Source: an uncultured virus (IMG/VR IMGVR_UViG_3300032294_003095)
Taxonomy: Duplodnaviria; Heunggongvirae; Uroviricota; Caudoviricetes
DNA: 64,000 nt
Strand: one strand, 5' to 3'
IMG/VR virus record: IMGVR_UViG_3300032294_003095
Below, piece by piece: positions 60,399-64,000 of this stretch; position 1 is the stretch's first letter; every line of letters begins with the position of its first letter. A program made the translations under genes and the position numbers. A model generated the notes under the pieces. The model was not told where the DNA came from. It worked only from the letters and a program-made list of their open reading frames with translations, and ran no database searches.

Positions 60399-63300
60399 AT
60401 GGCTTATCAAATTAAAAATGGAAATATTGTTGCTAAAGATACTGAAGGAACCAATAGAAAGTTTCCACAGGCAAATGTCGATGTTGTTATATCAGAATGT
60501 CGAAGATTAGGTATAAATAACAAGTATATTATAGCTGGTATATTAGCAGTAATATCTAAAGAATCGGCATTTGTTCCGCAAAATGAAAATTTAAAGTATA
60601 GTGAAAAGGGACTAAAATCTACATTTGGAGATTATTTTAATCCAAGTAGAGCAAATGCTGCAGAATATGTCAAAAATCCTGAAAAAACTGCGAACTATGT
60701 TTATGGTGGAACCTGGGAGAATGGTAAATATAAATTGGGAAGATACGGTAATACCTCACCGGGCGATGGATTTAAATATAGAGGAAGAGGATTTAATCAA
60801 ATTACATTCAAAGGATTATATGAGACATACAAGAAATTAATACCGTCAATTGTAACAAACCCAGATTTATTAAATAATCCAAAAGAGGCTGCAACTATCA
60901 ATGCACAATTCTTTTTAAATAATTTTAAAAATTATGATAAAACAATAAGAGCAAATTATGGTAGATCAGCACTTGATATTTCTGACTGGGATCAAGCTCT
61001 TAAACTGTGTGCTAATGCAAATGCTGGTCTGGGTAAAAGTCCAAATAATCAAAAAGTTATCTGGGCATATGACAATTCAAAAAAATGTCACGGGTTCCTA
61101 ATTGAATATTTGGAAAAAAATCCACAAGGTCAAGACTTTCCACCTAGTAATCCATCTAATGTGAATAATCAAACAGGCAGCGATCAACCAGTGGATAATA
61201 CACAACCAACACCTGCTGAACAAGAAAATGCGGCACAAGGTGCAAATGAACAAGGTAATGATCCAAACAACAATAACACAAATTTAAATAACGGTCAACC
61301 TGTTACTATTTTAACACAGTTTTCAAAACCAACAATTGCACCTACTAAAATTGAATTCAATCTTGAAGGATATACAAAAAAGGATAAAGAAAAACTATAT
61401 AAACAACTTGGATACACACCATTTGTTTATTACAACGGAATTCCAATAGGGTATAAGGATGTAAAGAAGGTAAATCTTTTCCATAAAGGAATTCTACCAG
61501 CAATAGAATTATCTTTTGTTGATACTTGGGGTATTTTTAGAGAGGACGCATTTCCTACAGATGATGCTGTAATTACAATCTATATAAATTCGAGATCTAA
61601 AAATCTCAGAAGCATTCATATGGATTTTAAAATTATAGATTTTAAAGATAATAATGACAACTCATATTACATTGTGGGAATTTGTAACATTCCACAAATT
61701 TATCTAAGAAAGTTTAATAGCTATTCTGGAAAAACATCTGTCGAGGCATTACAAGAAGTTGCTAAACAATGTGAGATAGGATTTTGTTCAAATATTCAAA
61801 ATAGTGATGATAAAATGACATGGATAAATACTGGATTCATGGTGAAAGATTTCATTGAGAATATAATTAATAACTCTTATGTATCAGAAACATCATATCA
61901 ATATGTGTATATCGACTTCTATTATAATCTTTGTTATGTTGATATTGGAAAAGAAATGGAGAGAGATGTCACTGGTGATAAAATGGTCGCCTCTTATGGA
62001 TATAAATTCTTAGCCTCCGCTGAGGATGAGGAGAATCAAGAAATTGACGAACAAGTGGTTGATATGGTTCTGCTAAATGATAAATCTATTAAAGACTCAC
62101 CAGGATATATTGAAAATTTTGAATTGATTAATAAGTCAACAAAGGTATCTATCAATAAGGCTTATAGAACAAGAACTAAATATTATGATGTTATGAATAA
62201 AGAGTTATTGATATTTGATGTTGAATCACAGACATCAGATGGAAGTAAGTCAATAATTCTTAAATCTAAACCAGGTGATGATAAATTTTTCAAAGAAAAT
62301 ACAAATAATGTATATGTTGGAAAACAGGATATATTTAATGAAGGTGAGGGTAATGTTCATAAAAATTACAACTACTCTGTTTCTCAAAACAGACAAAATT
62401 TAGATGACATAACTAAGCTTTCAGCTAAAATGTATTTACCAAATACAAATTTTAATATCTATATCTATCAAAAGATTCAAATATTTTTCACACCACAAAA
62501 GCAAACTCCTTCTATACAAAATGCTTTTTATAAAAGAATATCTGGAGACTGGTTAATAACAAATTTAGAATTTGAGTATGAGAACGGTGCTTACTACCAA
62601 GTTGTTACAGCAATCAAGAGGGAATTGAGTCTTCTTCCTGATGAAATTGATAAATCAAGCCAATCAAGTAATAGAAGAAATGATGGTAACTCTGCTAACA
62701 ATGTTAACCAATTATCACCAAATGACACAGCACCTAATGATCCAGCCGCTTTACAACAACCAAGTAATGTGGCAAATACTGCAAATCCAGATAGAGGAAC
62801 TTCACCAGAATCTACCGATTCTCCAGCAAATGAGTTAAAAAATCCACCGGGTACTAATAATAAACTATTATACATAAGTAATAAAGGACTTAAATATATT
62901 ATTAATCCATCAACCGGTGTAGGTGGTAAGAGACTTAAAAGACTCACCAGTGATTTACAAGCACATTTAAGAGCAAACGGGTATCCACAAGCTGAGATAT
63001 CATCCAATGGTATAGTGAGAGATTTACAGGCTGCTGCATATCCAGGTTCCCCTAAAAGAGTAGCCGGATCACTTCATGGGTCTGGTTTAGCCATAGATGT
63101 TAAATTTACCATACCTGGTAAAAAATGGGACAGTATTGATGATAATGTGAATTTATCGACTGATGCACAATTAACGAAAACAATTTGGAATTTTGTTGTT
63201 TCTCAAAAAGATATAAAATGGGGAGCTGAATTTGGTAAAAGCAGTCCCGCTAATGGAAATGTTAAAGCCAGAGGTATAACAGAATATCATCACTTCGAAT

Positions 63301-63428
63301 TGAAAAAAGAATACATAAAACAATATTGGGATGAGTATTCAACAGAACTTTCTAAACTTGGATATGATCCAGCTAAGTTAAATAATAGTGATGATTTGCA
63401 AAAACTATATCTTAAATTATTAGCATAA
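60399..63428 (+). CDS. Baseplate hub-like protein fused to N-terminal GH19 lysozyme and C-terminal M15-like peptidase
   Basis: KES..F..ENL.YS, GN...GDG.KYRGRGFNQIT; central hub region ending ISGDWLIT...KREL; SLHGSGLAID...WG...EYHHFE. Confidence 0.75.
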   Translation: MAYQIKNGNIVAKDTEGTNRKFPQANVDVVISECRRLGINNKYIIAGILAVISKESAFVPQNENLKYSEKGLKSTFGDYFNPSRANAAEYVKNPEKTANYVYGGTWENGKYKLGRYGNTSPGDGFKYRGRGFNQITFKGLYETYKKLIPSIVTNPDLLNNPKEAATINAQFFLNNFKNYDKTIRANYGRSALDISDWDQALKLCANANAGLGKSPNNQKVIWAYDNSKKCHGFLIEYLEKNPQGQDFPPSNPSNVNNQTGSDQPVDNTQPTPAEQENAAQGANEQGNDPNNNNTNLNNGQPVTILTQFSKPTIAPTKIEFNLEGYTKKDKEKLYKQLGYTPFVYYNGIPIGYKDVKKVNLFHKGILPAIELSFVDTWGIFREDAFPTDDAVITIYINSRSKNLRSIHMDFKIIDFKDNNDNSYYIVGICNIPQIYLRKFNSYSGKTSVEALQEVAKQCEIGFCSNIQNSDDKMTWINTGFMVKDFIENIINNSYVSETSYQYVYIDFYYNLCYVDIGKEMERDVTGDKMVASYGYKFLASAEDEENQEIDEQVVDMVLLNDKSIKDSPGYIENFELINKSTKVSINKAYRTRTKYYDVMNKELLIFDVESQTSDGSKSIILKSKPGDDKFFKENTNNVYVGKQDIFNEGEGNVHKNYNYSVSQNRQNLDDITKLSAKMYLPNTNFNIYIYQKIQIFFTPQKQTPSIQNAFYKRISGDWLITNLEFEYENGAYYQVVTAIKRELSLLPDEIDKSSQSSNRRNDGNSANNVNQLSPNDTAPNDPAALQQPSNVANTANPDRGTSPESTDSPANELKNPPGTNNKLLYISNKGLKYIINPSTGVGGKRLKRLTSDLQAHLRANGYPQAEISSNGIVRDLQAAAYPGSPKRVAGSLHGSGLAIDVKFTIPGKKWDSIDDNVNLSTDAQLTKTIWNFVVSQKDIKWGAEFGKSSPANGNVKARGITEYHHFELKKEYIKQYWDEYSTELSKLGYDPAKLNNSDDLQKLYLKLLA

Positions 63429-63443
63429 TTTTATATATACTCT

Positions 63444-64000
63444 ATGAAATGGATTAAAAAATTCTCAAAGTTTAAAGAGTCTTTAAACATAAATTTAGAT
63501 GTAAAGATTAATTTGATGGAGTCTCTTTTAAAGGCGGATGAAAACCTATTGAATTCAATTTCAGCAGAAGAGGTGGACATTTTTAAAACACTCTTTCTAG
63601 ATCCAGAGAAATATTCAAATAAGCTACAGTTAGATTTAATAAATTCAGACTCAGAAATAGGCATCGATTTTATCAATTCACTTTCATCTATAGGGTTAAA
63701 AAAATCACAGATAAACAACTCCGATGACTTTGAGAATTTTGTAAATAAGCCTTGTAAATTTATGATGATTTTTACTATCGAGTCAAATGAGTTAGAAAAT
63801 CCAAAATATATTTTATTTCAAAATTGGAATGAAACATTGAAGAAATGGGATGACTTAAAAATGTACTCAATAAATGATGACATTAAAAAGTTTTATGATA
63901 AACTTACAAGTAGAACCATCGAGATAACAGAGGACGGAAATAATTACATATATTCGACATCTAATGGAAATGATTGGATCCTACAAAATACATCCAATGA
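63444..64000 (+). CDS. CTS-like protein (MKWIKKFSKFKES), runs off window end
   Basis: Not in the ORF track; open to the window end; TTATATATA at about 63431. Confidence 0.65.
   Translation, partial: MKWIKKFSKFKESLNINLDVKINLMESLLKADENLLNSISAEEVDIFKTLFLDPEKYSNKLQLDLINSDSEIGIDFINSLSSIGLKKSQINNSDDFENFVNKPCKFMMIFTIESNELENPKYILFQNWNETLKKWDDLKMYSINDDIKKFYDKLTSRTIEITEDGNNYIYSTSNGNDWILQNTSN

Noticed and set aside
4417..63718. Remaining short nested or antisense ORFs in the track (e.g. 4417, 5083, 6031, 10802, 21305, 46158, 58928, 62594, 63431)
   Set aside because: They overlap well-supported genes and have no motifs or promoters.
1..64000. tRNA, rRNA, CRISPR array, integrase or IS element
   Set aside because: No cloverleaf, repeat-spacer array or transposase motif seen by eye; intergenic gaps are short. 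tRNAscan was not run.

Overview
Very AT-rich, gene-dense segment of a large T4-related (jumbo-type) tailed phage. The host is almost certainly Bacteroidetes: TAnnTTTG promoters, no Shine-Dalgarno, a T9SS-sorted protein, an Hc1-like protein and a D-S/T-rich lipoprotein. The standard genetic code fits. Contents: replication/recombination genes (UvsX, UvsY-like, UvsW, primase, sliding clamp, C-terminal half of a split family-B polymerase); an NAD salvage operon; PPK2; ClpP; lysis genes; baseplate/tail genes; three putative homing/HNH endonucleases; and over 20 proteins sharing a T4-like capsid-targeting N-terminus, mostly behind a TAATATATA late-type promoter. Top finding: the polymerase gene (22171-23634) is interrupted inside motif B by an in-frame 39-nt insert with two TAA stops. 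The insert is bounded by matched GCT codons, has a 12-bp stem 5' of it and a 10-bp stem within it, and lies head-to-head with an HNH endonuclease gene. This closely parallels the T4 gene 60/mobA programmed ribosomal bypassing cassette. All calls come from motif recognition by eye; no database searches were run.
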